DNA from: a virus
Taxonomy: Duplodnaviria > Heunggongvirae > Uroviricota > Caudoviricetes
Virus record (IMG/VR): IMGVR_UViG_3300033150_000619
Strand: one strand, 5' to 3'
Length of the DNA stretch: 64,000 nt
Both the position numbers and the translations under genes were made by a program. The notes beneath the pieces were generated by a model. It worked only from the letters and a program-made list of their open reading frames with translations, was not told where the DNA came from and searched no databases. This document shows, in pieces, positions 45,871 to 55,918 of this stretch (its first letter is position 1; each line of letters begins with the position of its first letter).

Positions 45871-48800
45871 AGTAGTAATCTCCTACAAAGTTCTTAGGTT
45901 GCTGCCACGTCAACATCTGCAAACAGTCGCACAAGTGGTCATCTTTCTTGGTGTCTAATCTATAGGCTATCAACTCTTTGAGTAAAGTCTCAAATCCCAT
46001 GTAAATAGCTATCTTACGTTGCTCTAATAGGACTCTAAGTCTCTCCTGCATACGAGACTTAAGTGCCCTAAACACTATTTCTTCAACTAACCAGCCCTTC
46101 TGCTTTATTCTATAGTTCTCTTGACTGTGACTGCTATTATGAACTTTAGGGAATCCTAGACCACATACGAATGATCCTCCTTCGGTTTCAACGTCGTATA
46201 CATATCCATTATAGGGTAAGTTTCTAACATACTGTACTTCGCGTACATTTGGTTCATTTGCTGTTCTATTCCATGTGAGGTTATAGGCTTCCCCACCATA
46301 AGATTCTCCTATAGAAAAGGACGGATGATAGACTTCACCAGGTGGTTTCTCTACATACATCTTCAGATACAGTATTCCCTGTAATAGAGTTTCGTATCCT
46401 TCTGCTACTTTCCATGAGCTTCCCCTAGGTTCATTACCATCATAATAACCTGCTAAGAAGGAAGATACTACTTCTCTCGATCCATTGAAGATAAACTCTG
46501 GTACCTTCTTTAGTCCATTCTTAGAATAACAATGGCGTAGCAGATAGTTTATCATAGCGTATCTTCTGTACCTGAGAGAATATGTTCCATCACCTACGCT
46601 TTGTTCCATACCCATATCTGGCAATATACCGGCAACCCTATCCAATAGGGACTTATCAGAACTACTAAATGTTACAGCACCGTCAGCAATGCATCCATTA
46701 GCAGAAAAGAATCCCAATACCCACGCAAGATCTCTACTTATAGATGAGAACGACCTGTCCTTCCTTGGAAACGGAAGGTTATTAGGAGAACAACATACTA
46801 GCTTTCCTTCAGTCTCTGATATGGGCAAATAGTTGTGGCTCCGGTACATTGCTACTGGGTGATTGGGAGTGGCATCAAGTATACTGTTAACAGTTCTCAT
46901 TCTGGATATAGGTCCTGTATATGGATGTCTGCTAATGTACTTTATTCTATCAAACTTATTCCCATATCCCAGTATTTCAACTCCTGATAATGGAATAACT
47001 TCCTTATCTACTCCGGTAAAGTTGGCTATATCTTCAAAGGGTAAGATATCTACCCTATCATTCTTTCTAATAACACAGGGAACATAGCCAGGTATACTGT
47101 CTGCCCTTATACAAGAAACGTTGTATCTCTTAGCTACGTTATCTATTTCTCTCTGCATCCATGGTCCAGTCCTCTGTGGATATTCCGTAGCGTAGAGTAC
47201 TGTGTATTTACTATCCAATGGATTGTCAGCATCTACCTCAACTTCAGCAACTAGTATTGCAGCTGGTGAGGGACCAAACCCCCAGTCTACAGCCATATAT
47301 ATCGGATTCTTACCGGTTGGTATGGGCATATCATGCAGTCTAGATGCTCTAATAGATGCTACATCGAATAGGGTGCTTGTTAGTTCAGGTAGCTCTGCTT
47401 CCCATACTGTCTTAAACTCGTCTGCACTCATTATCTTACGCGCCATGTTGATTTGTGATTCATCTATCCATGGTATGTTTGATAGTGAACTGTAGTGTAT
47501 CTTGGTCCATTCATCCCTGGGGTACTGTATATCATTAGTCCATATATCTACAAAGTTAGACACGTAACATAATGGATCATCTACGAAGTGCCCAGAGATG
47601 ATTATACGATTGGGCTTAAACGCGCCTACAACTCTCGGGGCGTGCATCAGGACTTTATCTCCTGCTTGTGCTGCCTCGTCTATAATGAACATATTTGAAT
47701 TACCAGACCAGCAGACTTTGCCCTTTCTACGAACCAATAGTAAGTCATGAGGTACATCTACACAATAGACCATTCCTTTGTAGTTGTATATTCTATCCTG
47801 TTGATCTCTGACATTAAATAGAGGCGTTAATGCTCTCTTCTTAATGGAGACTCGATAGTGAACATCCGATAGGTGTTCCCTGCCATTAGATATCTTGGGT
47901 TCTATTGTCATAACATCTGCTGTCCACCCAGCCTTAATTGATAGTATCTGTAGATCATCGCTCATTTGTTTAGAAGATGTAGTTAATGTAGTATGATTAC
48001 TCTTATTAGTCCATCCACCACCCATTTCATATGTTTCTAGGAACAGCTGTATTAACTCCGGTGTCATGTCATGTATCTCTTTAGGTACAAACTTAGACTT
48101 ACAGGTACCAAACTGTCTTAGATATTCTCTTAGTTGTGGATCTGAGAAGTAGAATTGAGACCCGTCATAAGATGGTTTATATCCTAAATCCTGTATCATT
48201 TGTTCTATCATAGAGCATTGATGTGGATGAACTTCCCTGGATTGCGTGATTCTTATCTGGGTGTTTGTGACGTGTCCCTCTGCTAAGAACCAAGCCATTA
48301 ACTTAACGTATAGTTCTGGTGATAGGACTCTTTCTTTGTATTCTTTATCATAAGACGCATAGTGAGAGGTGTACTGGGGGATAACGACCGGATTATTGTG
48401 TCCTCTCCATTTAGCATCTTTCTTGAATTCGACTTGTTTACCCACGACATCCTTAGCTTTAACTAACTTAAACTTCTCTGATTTGTCATTATACCAGTTC
48501 TCTCTGACATACAGATTATGATCTTGTGTTACATTGATGTTTAGATGAGATGTTGAGAGATTATACATGGGACCATCATAGAATTTGCGTACTATGCCTG
48601 TTGACTTTTCGAATATCATGTATCCGTTGTCTAGAGAAGCGAATGATTCTGTACCGTCTACATCAGTAAATCTCTTCCACCCGTTGATAGTGTAAACCTC
48701 AGTTTCTTCATCATAACAATGTAAGTTATACAGCTGTGTATCAGACGATGGTATAGGAGCTACCCATGAGTTATCTTTGAAGCGTACTTCTGACTTCAAT

Positions 48801-50053
48801 GGCTCTCCCTTTATCCAGTCATTGAGGACATCACTTCTGTTACAGAACTCCATAACATATTCATAAGTTCTCTTAGCCTGTGCAAGCCCACCAGCTGCTA
48901 TTGCTGTAGTGAAGGGTTTCCCAGTGATTGGTGGAATACATACAGAATGCCATAAGGCTGCCGCAGCTAAACTATAGGTATTGTGTGTGGGGATTAAGGA
49001 TTCCCCAACAAGAAACATACCGTCTTCCCTATCTACCTTAATACACCTAGTGGGAACACTATCTACCGGATTAACTTCTATTATGTACCTATTGTTATGA
49101 GTTCCTCTGAAGTTGTCTCTCCTTTGATTATCCAGCTTCTTTTTCAGGTTGAATGCCTTAATGTCCGTTAGGAACTTTAATCGGTACTTCTTAGAAGTGG
49201 ACTTACAGATGCTGGTTTTGATACCTAATGACACAATGAGTCTATAAACATCTCTTGCTAATTGATGACTAGTAGTAGTATACTCGCAGTCATTATCAGC
49301 ATATCCGCCGGAATCCATTAAACCACGTAAGAGCTCTTCACGCTGTTCGATAGAAGCCATTAGATAACCTTCTGGTATTCTCTTATTATTGAGTATGCCC
49401 ATCTCTTTGAGTAAACTGGTAGATATACCATTCAGTCTTCCTTTGAGTTTGGTTAGCTCATAACCCCTGCTTTCTACTTCCTGTATTCCATCACCTAACC
49501 ATAATCCTAGAGTATATGGGTCAACAGGTAAATTGTTGTGTGGTAATATTAGTGGTTTACATACCTCGATAGAATGATTTATTTGATTACCGACTGTAAG
49601 GGTATCATGTATTTCTTGGGTATTCCTTATACTTCCAGGAGCCGAGTTCTTTCTTTCTTTGGCTGTCATAGTTCTCCATAAATGATCACTAGACGCTACA
49701 ATCTTACTACCATCACTAAATACGACTTCGTAACACGGATAATCAAATTCAATATCTGATACGAAGGTAACAGTAGTAAGTCTACCATCAGGACCAAATA
49801 CTTGATCTCCAACCATAAGATCGATAAGTGTTCTAAACCCATCAGCTGTCAATATCGGCGTATCAATGGCAATCAACTTTCCCCCACCGGTACCTCCAAC
49901 AACTATGAGCTTAGTCTTATTGAGATCCTTACACCAATTGAGTATCTCTATTTGATGACCAAATGGATCGTTACCAGTAACGTCCTTAAAGAATGATACC
50001 GGGTCATTCTGCCATCTCTTAATGGTGATAGCACGACTCAATAACTGACTCAT
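45827..50053 (-). CDS. terL: Terminase large subunit with three inteins
   Basis: Spliced Walker A GGTGGGK|T, Walker B LH|SNMFIIDEAA, nuclease MAVDWG, IRAD|SS and KDDH..DCL. Extein approx. 448 aa. Confidence 0.95.
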   Translation of the reverse strand: MSQLLSRAITIKRWQNDPVSFFKDVTGNDPFGHQIEILNWCKDLNKTKLIVVGGTGGGKLIAIDTPILTADGFRTLIDLMVGDQVFGPDGRLTTVTFVSDIEFDYPCYEVVFSDGSKIVASSDHLWRTMTAKERKNSAPGSIRNTQEIHDTLTVGNQINHSIEVCKPLILPHNNLPVDPYTLGLWLGDGIQEVESRGYELTKLKGRLNGISTSLLKEMGILNNKRIPEGYLMASIEQREELLRGLMDSGGYADNDCEYTTTSHQLARDVYRLIVSLGIKTSICKSTSKKYRLKFLTDIKAFNLKKKLDNQRRDNFRGTHNNRYIIEVNPVDSVPTRCIKVDREDGMFLVGESLIPTHNTYSLAAAALWHSVCIPPITGKPFTTAIAAGGLAQAKRTYEYVMEFCNRSDVLNDWIKGEPLKSEVRFKDNSWVAPIPSSDTQLYNLHCYDEETEVYTINGWKRFTDVDGTESFASLDNGYMIFEKSTGIVRKFYDGPMYNLSTSHLNINVTQDHNLYVRENWYNDKSEKFKLVKAKDVVGKQVEFKKDAKWRGHNNPVVIPQYTSHYASYDKEYKERVLSPELYVKLMAWFLAEGHVTNTQIRITQSREVHPHQCSMIEQMIQDLGYKPSYDGSQFYFSDPQLREYLRQFGTCKSKFVPKEIHDMTPELIQLFLETYEMGGGWTNKSNHTTLTTSSKQMSDDLQILSIKAGWTADVMTIEPKISNGREHLSDVHYRVSIKKRALTPLFNVRDQQDRIYNYKGMVYCVDVPHDLLLVRRKGKVCWSGNSNMFIIDEAAQAGDKVLMHAPRVVGAFKPNRIIISGHFVDDPLCYVSNFVDIWTNDIQYPRDEWTKIHYSSLSNIPWIDESQINMARKIMSADEFKTVWEAELPELTSTLFDVASIRASRLHDMPIPTGKNPIYMAVDWGFGPSPAAILVAEVEVDADNPLDSKYTVLYATEYPQRTGPWMQREIDNVAKRYNVSCIRADSIPGYVPCVIRKNDRVDILPFEDIANFTGVDKEVIPLSGVEILGYGNKFDRIKYISRHPYTGPISRMRTVNSILDATPNHPVAMYRSHNYLPISETEGKLVCCSPNNLPFPRKDRSFSSISRDLAWVLGFFSANGCIADGAVTFSSSDKSLLDRVAGILPDMGMEQSVGDGTYSLRYRRYAMINYLLRHCYSKNGLKKVPEFIFNGSREVVSSFLAGYYDGNEPRGSSWKVAEGYETLLQGILYLKMYVEKPPGEVYHPSFSIGESYGGEAYNLTWNRTANEPNVREVQYVRNLPYNGYVYDVETEGGSFVCGLGFPKVHNSSHSQENYRIKQKGWLVEEIVFRALKSRMQERLRVLLEQRKIAIYMGFETLLKELIAYRLDTKKDDHLCDCLQMLTWQQPKNFVGDYYFARRKYKRGLGVKH
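46136..47098 (-). mobile_element. TerL intein 3 (321 aa); both LAGLIDADG acidic residues replaced by Asn
   Basis: Starts SIPGYV, ATPNHP, ends KVHN followed by Ser. FSANG (AAT 46697-46699) and YDGNE (AAT 46433-46435). Confidence 0.9.
47699..48718 (-). mobile_element. TerL intein 2 (340 aa); second LAGLIDADG Asp replaced by Gly
   Basis: Starts CYDEET, VTQDHN, ends WSGN followed by Ser. FLAEG intact. EMGGG (GGT 48017-48019). Confidence 0.9.
48980..49876 (-). mobile_element. TerL intein 1 (299 aa), class 3 type with Leu at position 1; second LAGLIDADG Asp replaced by Gly
   Basis: GK|LIAIDTP start, DHLW (Trp), TRCI (Cys), IPTHN|T (Thr) form the WCT triplet. WLGDG intact. MDSGG (GGC 49307-49309). 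Confidence 0.88.
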
Positions 50054-50598
50054 GATACTAGCTCTTTTTCTATTCTTTCTATTATTTCTAGGTTACCGCC
50101 ACAGTGTGGACAGTTAAGTGGAATGTGATCGAGTATGCTCATAAGAGTAGCTATAGCCATCTCTTCAGACTGTTCAGACTCTAATATCATATCCTTTCTC
50201 TTTCTGTCTAGGTACTCTAGAGTTAGTCGAGTCTCCTTTAGTAGTTGGGTGCAGGCATTGACTGTCTTGGCATCAGTAGGGTTATTCTGAATTAAGCTCT
50301 GAGTTAGAGTCTGTAAGGTGTACAAGTTCCTTGTTATCTCTTTGACAACTGATACGCTATTGTCATGCGACCGCTTAACACCTATAGAATTGTTGGTCGC
50401 CTGTTCTAATCTCTCCTTTACGGCTTGATGTACATTGACATCTACTTTGTTAAAGAATCTGGAAAAGGACATAGGGGATATATTCTCACCACGTTTATGT
50501 GCTTCGTCAGACAGTCCAGTGAGAGAAGCTCCAGCTAACTTCATCTTGATGTAATCATCCTTGTTTGGACTTAGCTCTACTTTACTCCTCCTTCCCAT
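50050..50598 (-). CDS. terS: Terminase small subunit (HTH plus helical bundle, C-terminal CPHC)
   Basis: N-terminal HTH (ISPMSFSRFF), adjacent to terL. Confidence 0.7.
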   Translation of the reverse strand: MGRRSKVELSPNKDDYIKMKLAGASLTGLSDEAHKRGENISPMSFSRFFNKVDVNVHQAVKERLEQATNNSIGVKRSHDNSVSVVKEITRNLYTLQTLTQSLIQNNPTDAKTVNACTQLLKETRLTLEYLDRKRKDMILESEQSEEMAIATLMSILDHIPLNCPHCGGNLEIIERIEKELVS

Positions 50599-50600
50599 AT

Positions 50601-51998
50601 TTATTCCTCATCTTCTTCTTTATTATCGGTTGGCGTTGGAAGTTTAGTGTCTACTGCATCATCTATCATTCTCCTTACCTGACCATCAATCCCTTTATCC
50701 TGTAGAGGGGGAGTAAACCCATCCGGTAATAGAGGTAGGTTCTCCTCTTCTCTTATCTGGTTCTCAGCGGTTATGTCCCAACTGAGAAGTCCTGCTCTTG
50801 CATAGGTTGCTCTGCGCCTTGATCTTGATAGAGCCATACTCGGTGATACTGATCTCCAATCTATCTTAGGATCTCCCTTTATATTCAGCTGCTTCTTGGC
50901 ATCTCTCAGTATCTGGTCTTCTATCTGTTCGGCAAGCATCTGCTGGATTCCTTCAACAGTCCTCTCCCACTCAGCTGCCAACTCAGCTACTGCTCTAGAG
51001 CTTGATACAGAACTCCCTACTCCCATTAATGCCGGTGGTATCATTAGTGCATTACATATTCCTATAGCAAAGTGATCAGCGAATGAAGATAATTCATCCA
51101 TCCCCCTTGAAGACTCTAGTCTCTCTACTCTCACGTGCCATGGAAATACAAACACGGACTGGCTACCCACTTCTGTAATGTCATCGGCTATATTGTCTAT
51201 CATATCCTGAGGAGTAGCTATCTCCTTGTCTCCAACGTTTATGATAATGGGAGGGGCTGCGTAGGTAAAGGCTCCTTCTCCCATTGCCCACTCCACATTC
51301 TTCCTCCATGTTACTACATTGTAGATACATTCCAGTGGAGATATACCTATAACGGCTCCGGATGTAGTAAATAGTCTGAAGAATGCTATATTCTCTCTGG
51401 GGATTGGAATATCTTGCTTACCCTCTGTAACTACTGAACTTGACCACAGTGATTGTTCGAAACCAATGGGCAATCCCCAGTTATCTACTTCTATGTTACC
51501 GAACTCATCTCTCATAAAGTCCATAGTCTTAGTATCAATGGTAGCCAGTCTAACTAACTTAACTCCGCCTTTGGTATAGACCTTCTCGACGAAGGAGTAA
51601 CCAAATACAAATAGATCCCTAATGACCTCTCTAAGGATAGAGTTCAGTTTAAGTGAAGATAGCCACTCCTGTACCAGTATCTTCTCCGCATCACTGACAC
51701 CTGTAATGACAAAGCCAGTTCCCAACATCGTAGTGATATACTTGTTGATAATACCGAAGACTAGTTCATCCATACGATAGGCTCTTTCTAAGTCCTCTGG
51801 AGAAATCCTATCCTTTCTCTTATAGATACCTGATTCAACTGTCTCCCCAAGCTTAGGGATAGTTATTCTCTCTCCTACAGCTTCTCCTTCAGCATATAGT
51901 TTAGTCGTACCTAGAGTGACAACCCTAGCTGTTTGGGGAGCTTTAGGTCTTGATAGACTCTCGGTAGTCCTCTTAATAGCCCTCCCCAGTATACTCAT
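50601..51998 (-). CDS. Portal protein
   Basis: IRD..VFGY.F.E, IA.F......G.SPLE....V, I..AL.IPP.L.G, I..Q...E...I..EE.LP. Confidence 0.88.
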   Translation of the reverse strand: MSILGRAIKRTTESLSRPKAPQTARVVTLGTTKLYAEGEAVGERITIPKLGETVESGIYKRKDRISPEDLERAYRMDELVFGIINKYITTMLGTGFVITGVSDAEKILVQEWLSSLKLNSILREVIRDLFVFGYSFVEKVYTKGGVKLVRLATIDTKTMDFMRDEFGNIEVDNWGLPIGFEQSLWSSSVVTEGKQDIPIPRENIAFFRLFTTSGAVIGISPLECIYNVVTWRKNVEWAMGEGAFTYAAPPIIINVGDKEIATPQDMIDNIADDITEVGSQSVFVFPWHVRVERLESSRGMDELSSFADHFAIGICNALMIPPALMGVGSSVSSSRAVAELAAEWERTVEGIQQMLAEQIEDQILRDAKKQLNIKGDPKIDWRSVSPSMALSRSRRRATYARAGLLSWDITAENQIREEENLPLLPDGFTPPLQDKGIDGQVRRMIDDAVDTKLPTPTDNKEEDEE

Positions 51999-52056
51999 AC
52001 CTATTCTCTCCTGCTCTTTATATTAGTAGACTAGAATAAAAATAATGGTAGTATAG

Positions 52057-54060
52057 TTATATTACTACTTCATCAGGGCTGGGTCTGTCTTTAACGTATC
52101 TTAGAGCATTTCGTAGCTTCTGTCCATAATAATCATAGTTAGTAAACTCTAAGTCAACAGCTGTCTGTTCCTCTATCTCTATCTCTGGATCAGGTCTTAT
52201 GCCTGTAACGGACGTCTCGTCACAGGTATGGATGAAGAGTAGGAAGCCTGATGGTCTCTGGCTGATTGTCTTCTCCCATATCTGAAATCCACCACAAACG
52301 TTGAAGGTAAGACCCTCTAAGTATAGACGAGGTTGCAACCAATGAGTGTTATGTAGTAATGTCATTCCCTTAGCATCAAAGAACATTGGATTACCCATAA
52401 CTTCTAGGTCGTAAACCATACCATCATAATCAAAGTATTCTATATTCTTAATGGGAGAAGTATAGAAGTTACCGCAGTCCTCTATCTGGGTCTTATTAAT
52501 TAGTTTAATCCATCTACCCCTGTAATGATCAGTTCTATTAGAGTCCCTGGTGAATTTAGTGAACTGTTTATCTGAAGTTTGCATCTTGATCAGAGTTAAA
52601 ACACCATCAAATAGTTGAGACGATGAAGATCCCCACCGATATGAACTACTTGACTTGTCACCATCTCCGCAGTAATAACCATCTAGGAAGGCACTTCTAA
52701 CTTCTGTGGGTGAATTGAATATTGCAGTAGGTACTTTCTTGTTCTTTGCTCCCTTTGAACATAAGTTAGTTACACGACTAAATACTGGTTCGGAGTATAC
52801 CTGTAGTTGATATAATCCATCTTTAGTTAAGGTTATACTACGTCCAGATTTGAACTTAGGTGGATTATGAACTTGGTAGTAGTCTCGCACTCGCTCTATC
52901 CACTTTCTATTGCTATTAGAGAATCCTATTGAATAAGTAGATGATGGACCGTCCTTGTAAAAGGAACTCCATCCATCTGCGCAATAAAACCCAAGTATCC
53001 ATGCTTCTTCTACTGAAATAGAAGTATCAACATTTGTAGTAGGTACATGCTTAAGGTGAATTAACCTATCACCTATTTCCAGATCCCTACCCTTCTTTAC
53101 GATCATTTCATTATTCTCGTATACAAAGACAGATTGTCCAGTTGTTACTTCAATCTCACCACACTCAGAAGTAGCTCTAATCATTGTTCCTTGATACGGA
53201 TGAAAGTACAGATAGGCATCTTCCCACTTAGTGGTACCTTGATCAATTACAATGGTTTGGAACACTGGGGGAGCATCTTCAATAGGAACCAGCTTAATTT
53301 GATTGTTGTCTCTAATAACAACATTCCTATAACCTGGGATACTGTGCCCCACGCAGACTTCCTCTATCTGTACTCCTTTAGCCTTGTATTGGTTAAATGC
53401 CTTCCAGCAATCTCTAATCATCTCATATGAAACTGGGTAGTAGGCACTTTTCCCTGAACCATGAGTAAACAACACATTATAATTACCTATGGGGTAAGCT
53501 ATGTTCAGTACCTTATAGTGACCTGCATACCACGTATCATCTAGATAGTTGGTCAGGTATATCATGTAATTATCTGCTATATCTTCGTGATTGCCCTTAA
53601 TGATAAATGTCTTCCTTATTGGTTCTATCTCAGCTATAGACTTCTTGAGTTCTCTGATCACCTGCGCTGCTATTTCAGTTTGCCAATGTCCTCTCTGTAC
53701 CAGGTTCCTGAACTGCTGGTACCTGAATACATCCTTACCCGCAACTAAGTCGCCATTAAGAACCATTATGAAGTTAACAATATCAAACTTCTCTGATAAC
53801 TTAGATACTACGCTCTTAGTGTTCTCTACGCAGGACCAGAATGTCTTGGGGAGATGGTTGGAGTCTCCAAGATGGGTGTCAGATACTACAAGTGTCAGTG
53901 TAGCCTTCTTCCTCTCTGCATCTCCGATAACAGATATGGGAAGTGTTATATTGATATCTTCCCTATTGACAGGCTCATATTCTACAGGTCTGCCGCTATC
54001 TATCTTGATCCTAAGTTCTTCTTCTTCATCAACAGGCTCTAAGTTAATTTCACTAACCAA
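52057..54060 (-). CDS. Calcineurin-like metallophosphoesterase with intein
   Basis: SDTHLG, NGDLV, KGNHE, THG, spliced GH|TH. Confidence 0.88.
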   Translation of the reverse strand: MVSEINLEPVDEEEELRIKIDSGRPVEYEPVNREDINITLPISVIGDAERKKATLTLVVSDTHLGDSNHLPKTFWSCVENTKSVVSKLSEKFDIVNFIMVLNGDLVAGKDVFRYQQFRNLVQRGHWQTEIAAQVIRELKKSIAEIEPIRKTFIIKGNHEDIADNYMIYLTNYLDDTWYAGHYKVLNIAYPIGNYNVLFTHGSGKSAYYPVSYEMIRDCWKAFNQYKAKGVQIEEVCVGHSIPGYRNVVIRDNNQIKLVPIEDAPPVFQTIVIDQGTTKWEDAYLYFHPYQGTMIRATSECGEIEVTTGQSVFVYENNEMIVKKGRDLEIGDRLIHLKHVPTTNVDTSISVEEAWILGFYCADGWSSFYKDGPSSTYSIGFSNSNRKWIERVRDYYQVHNPPKFKSGRSITLTKDGLYQLQVYSEPVFSRVTNLCSKGAKNKKVPTAIFNSPTEVRSAFLDGYYCGDGDKSSSSYRWGSSSSQLFDGVLTLIKMQTSDKQFTKFTRDSNRTDHYRGRWIKLINKTQIEDCGNFYTSPIKNIEYFDYDGMVYDLEVMGNPMFFDAKGMTLLHNTHWLQPRLYLEGLTFNVCGGFQIWEKTISQRPSGFLLFIHTCDETSVTGIRPDPEIEIEEQTAVDLEFTNYDYYGQKLRNALRYVKDRPSPDEVVI
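52348..53343 (-). mobile_element. Intein (332 aa), LAGLIDADG motifs intact
   Basis: Starts SIPGYR, VTTGQS block B, YCADG and YCGDG, ends LLHN followed by Thr. Confidence 0.88.
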
Positions 54061-54278
54061 ACTACGTTACCTCTACGTTCTATTAGTATTAATTCATCTA
54101 GGGTTCTATGCCTTTTTAATCCTTTCTGGATGCGCTCGGCATCAGCGATAGAGGTACCCGTAATCTTAGCCTTATCCATATCACTTTCTATAAACTTATC
54201 TAATGTATCTCTGTATTTGGACCTGGGATTGTATTTAATCTCTGGTATTTCAATATCTACAGGTTCTATCTTATCCAT
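54039..54278 (-). CDS. Hypothetical small protein
   Basis: 79 aa, coupled to neighbours by overlaps. Confidence 0.6.
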   Translation of the reverse strand: MDKIEPVDIEIPEIKYNPRSKYRDTLDKFIESDMDKAKITGTSIADAERIQKGLKRHRTLDELILIERRGNVVWLVKLT

Positions 54279-54531
54279 CTACGTTTCTCACTTTATGGAT
54301 TTCGGACTCCGGTTTATAATCCTTCCATTCAACACGCTTACCGGCTACTTCCTTCCATACTGTTATGTTAATGGGGTACGGGTCACTCAGTACCATATTC
54401 TTTTCTATGATGTACTCGATGTGACTCTCAATACAGTTCTCTGCCTCGCCCTTAGTAGGATAAACACTACGACACAACGGGCATACCCACCCAAATAGTG
54501 GTTCTACTGACAATTTCTTAACTCTCCTCAT
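54271..54531 (-). CDS. C2H2-like zinc-finger protein
   Basis: WVCPLC...Y.T...A..C...H. Confidence 0.65.
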   Translation of the reverse strand: MRRVKKLSVEPLFGWVCPLCRSVYPTKGEAENCIESHIEYIIEKNMVLSDPYPINITVWKEVAGKRVEWKDYKPESEIHKVRNVDG

Positions 54532-55613
54532 ATTAGCTTGCCTAGGTTGTTACTTAGTTCAGCAGTAGCCCTTTCCCATGTCCACTTCTTGGTTACCTCT
54601 ACTGCCTCCTTAGACTTCTCTATACGTAGATCTTCATTAACATAGTATTCATGCATGGCATCAGCCATCAACTTCTCATTAGCTAGATGAACTCTACCAA
54701 ATCCACTAGGATAAGTTTCAATACTAGGCACATACGTTGCAGAGTCTAACAGGTATTCAGAGGGACCTGGTACATCTGTAGTAATGACAGGTACCCCACA
54801 CGCAGACGCCTCAAGCGCTGGTAGATTTACTGTGTCACCTCCAGAAGCAGATACATAGACATTAAGGGACCTGTACATTTGCACCATCTTATAATCAGAT
54901 AATGGTACTCCACACATGGATTGTTGACTGAATCTTATCTTATCAGCAACTCCATAAGTCTCAGCCATATCCTTTAGTGGTGCTCCTCTCTTGTCTAATG
55001 GATTAGAGTGTACCAGTAGAAGTGATTCTTGGTCATTAGCTATCTGACTGTATGCTGATATTAGTCTACCAAGCTGAGCCTTGAAGTTGTTGACCTTAAC
55101 AGTCCCGTATGTAAATATGTCACTAGTATTAGGACCTGGATTGAATACATTATGATCGACTCCGTGATGTAATAGGTACGCATCAAATCCTACATCTACG
55201 ACAGATTGAGCAGCTGCAATACAAGGAGTCATTATCATCTCGAACTGTGCCAGTTCTTCATAGTGCTTCCTAGGAATAGGAGATCCTTCTACTACAAAGT
55301 ACAATGATTGATTGAAGTTACCATGACGTGCTGCTTCTAGGTATTGATTAATATGCCAGAAGGATCCGTATACTATAACCACATCTGGAGATATATTAGC
55401 TAAATGATGGCGTATCCCGCAGACTGTACTGGTTTCATGTATAGTATATCCATCATATTCATATGGTAACATAATATTGCCATCTTCTAATGCAATGACA
55501 TGCTTTTCCCAACCACCGAGCCTCCTTAGCAGATTCCTAGTAACATTTTGAAATCCACCAGCACCCATCGGATTGTGGGAAACCCATGCCAGTATTGGTA
55601 AATCTTCTGTCAA
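54528..55613 (-). CDS. GT4 glycosyltransferase
   Basis: HGVD...F.P, D.VNLPALEASACGVPVI.T. Confidence 0.88.
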   Translation of the reverse strand: MTEDLPILAWVSHNPMGAGGFQNVTRNLLRRLGGWEKHVIALEDGNIMLPYEYDGYTIHETSTVCGIRHHLANISPDVVIVYGSFWHINQYLEAARHGNFNQSLYFVVEGSPIPRKHYEELAQFEMIMTPCIAAAQSVVDVGFDAYLLHHGVDHNVFNPGPNTSDIFTYGTVKVNNFKAQLGRLISAYSQIANDQESLLLVHSNPLDKRGAPLKDMAETYGVADKIRFSQQSMCGVPLSDYKMVQMYRSLNVYVSASGGDTVNLPALEASACGVPVITTDVPGPSEYLLDSATYVPSIETYPSGFGRVHLANEKLMADAMHEYYVNEDLRIEKSKEAVEVTKKWTWERATAELSNNLGKLI

Positions 55614-55918
55614 TTCTCCCTTCGCTCCTCTACTCTCTTTCTTAATCTTTCTATTATTTCACTAGGTAAGAGGTACTCTCTACCTATAAGGCTATATAGA
55701 TACTTAATGTCCTTTTCTAGTCTTAGCTCCTTTCCGCCGTCGCCACAGGGTATATCTACAGACATCATCGCTAGTTGGTGTATATGGAGCTCCTCTTTGT
55801 AGTGCTTAATCATTTCTTCAATATGTTCTAACTGAGATACTGCTACAGACACCCTACGACTGGTCAATGAACTTACTCCCTCTCCTCTTACCCTTGATAG
55901 GTTTCTTAGACAGATCAT
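55610..55918 (-). CDS. Hypothetical protein
   Basis: 102-aa ORF, coupled to the GT4 gene. Confidence 0.5.
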   Translation of the reverse strand: MICLRNLSRVRGEGVSSLTSRRVSVAVSQLEHIEEMIKHYKEELHIHQLAMMSVDIPCGDGGKELRLEKDIKYLYSLIGREYLLPSEIIERLRKRVEERREN

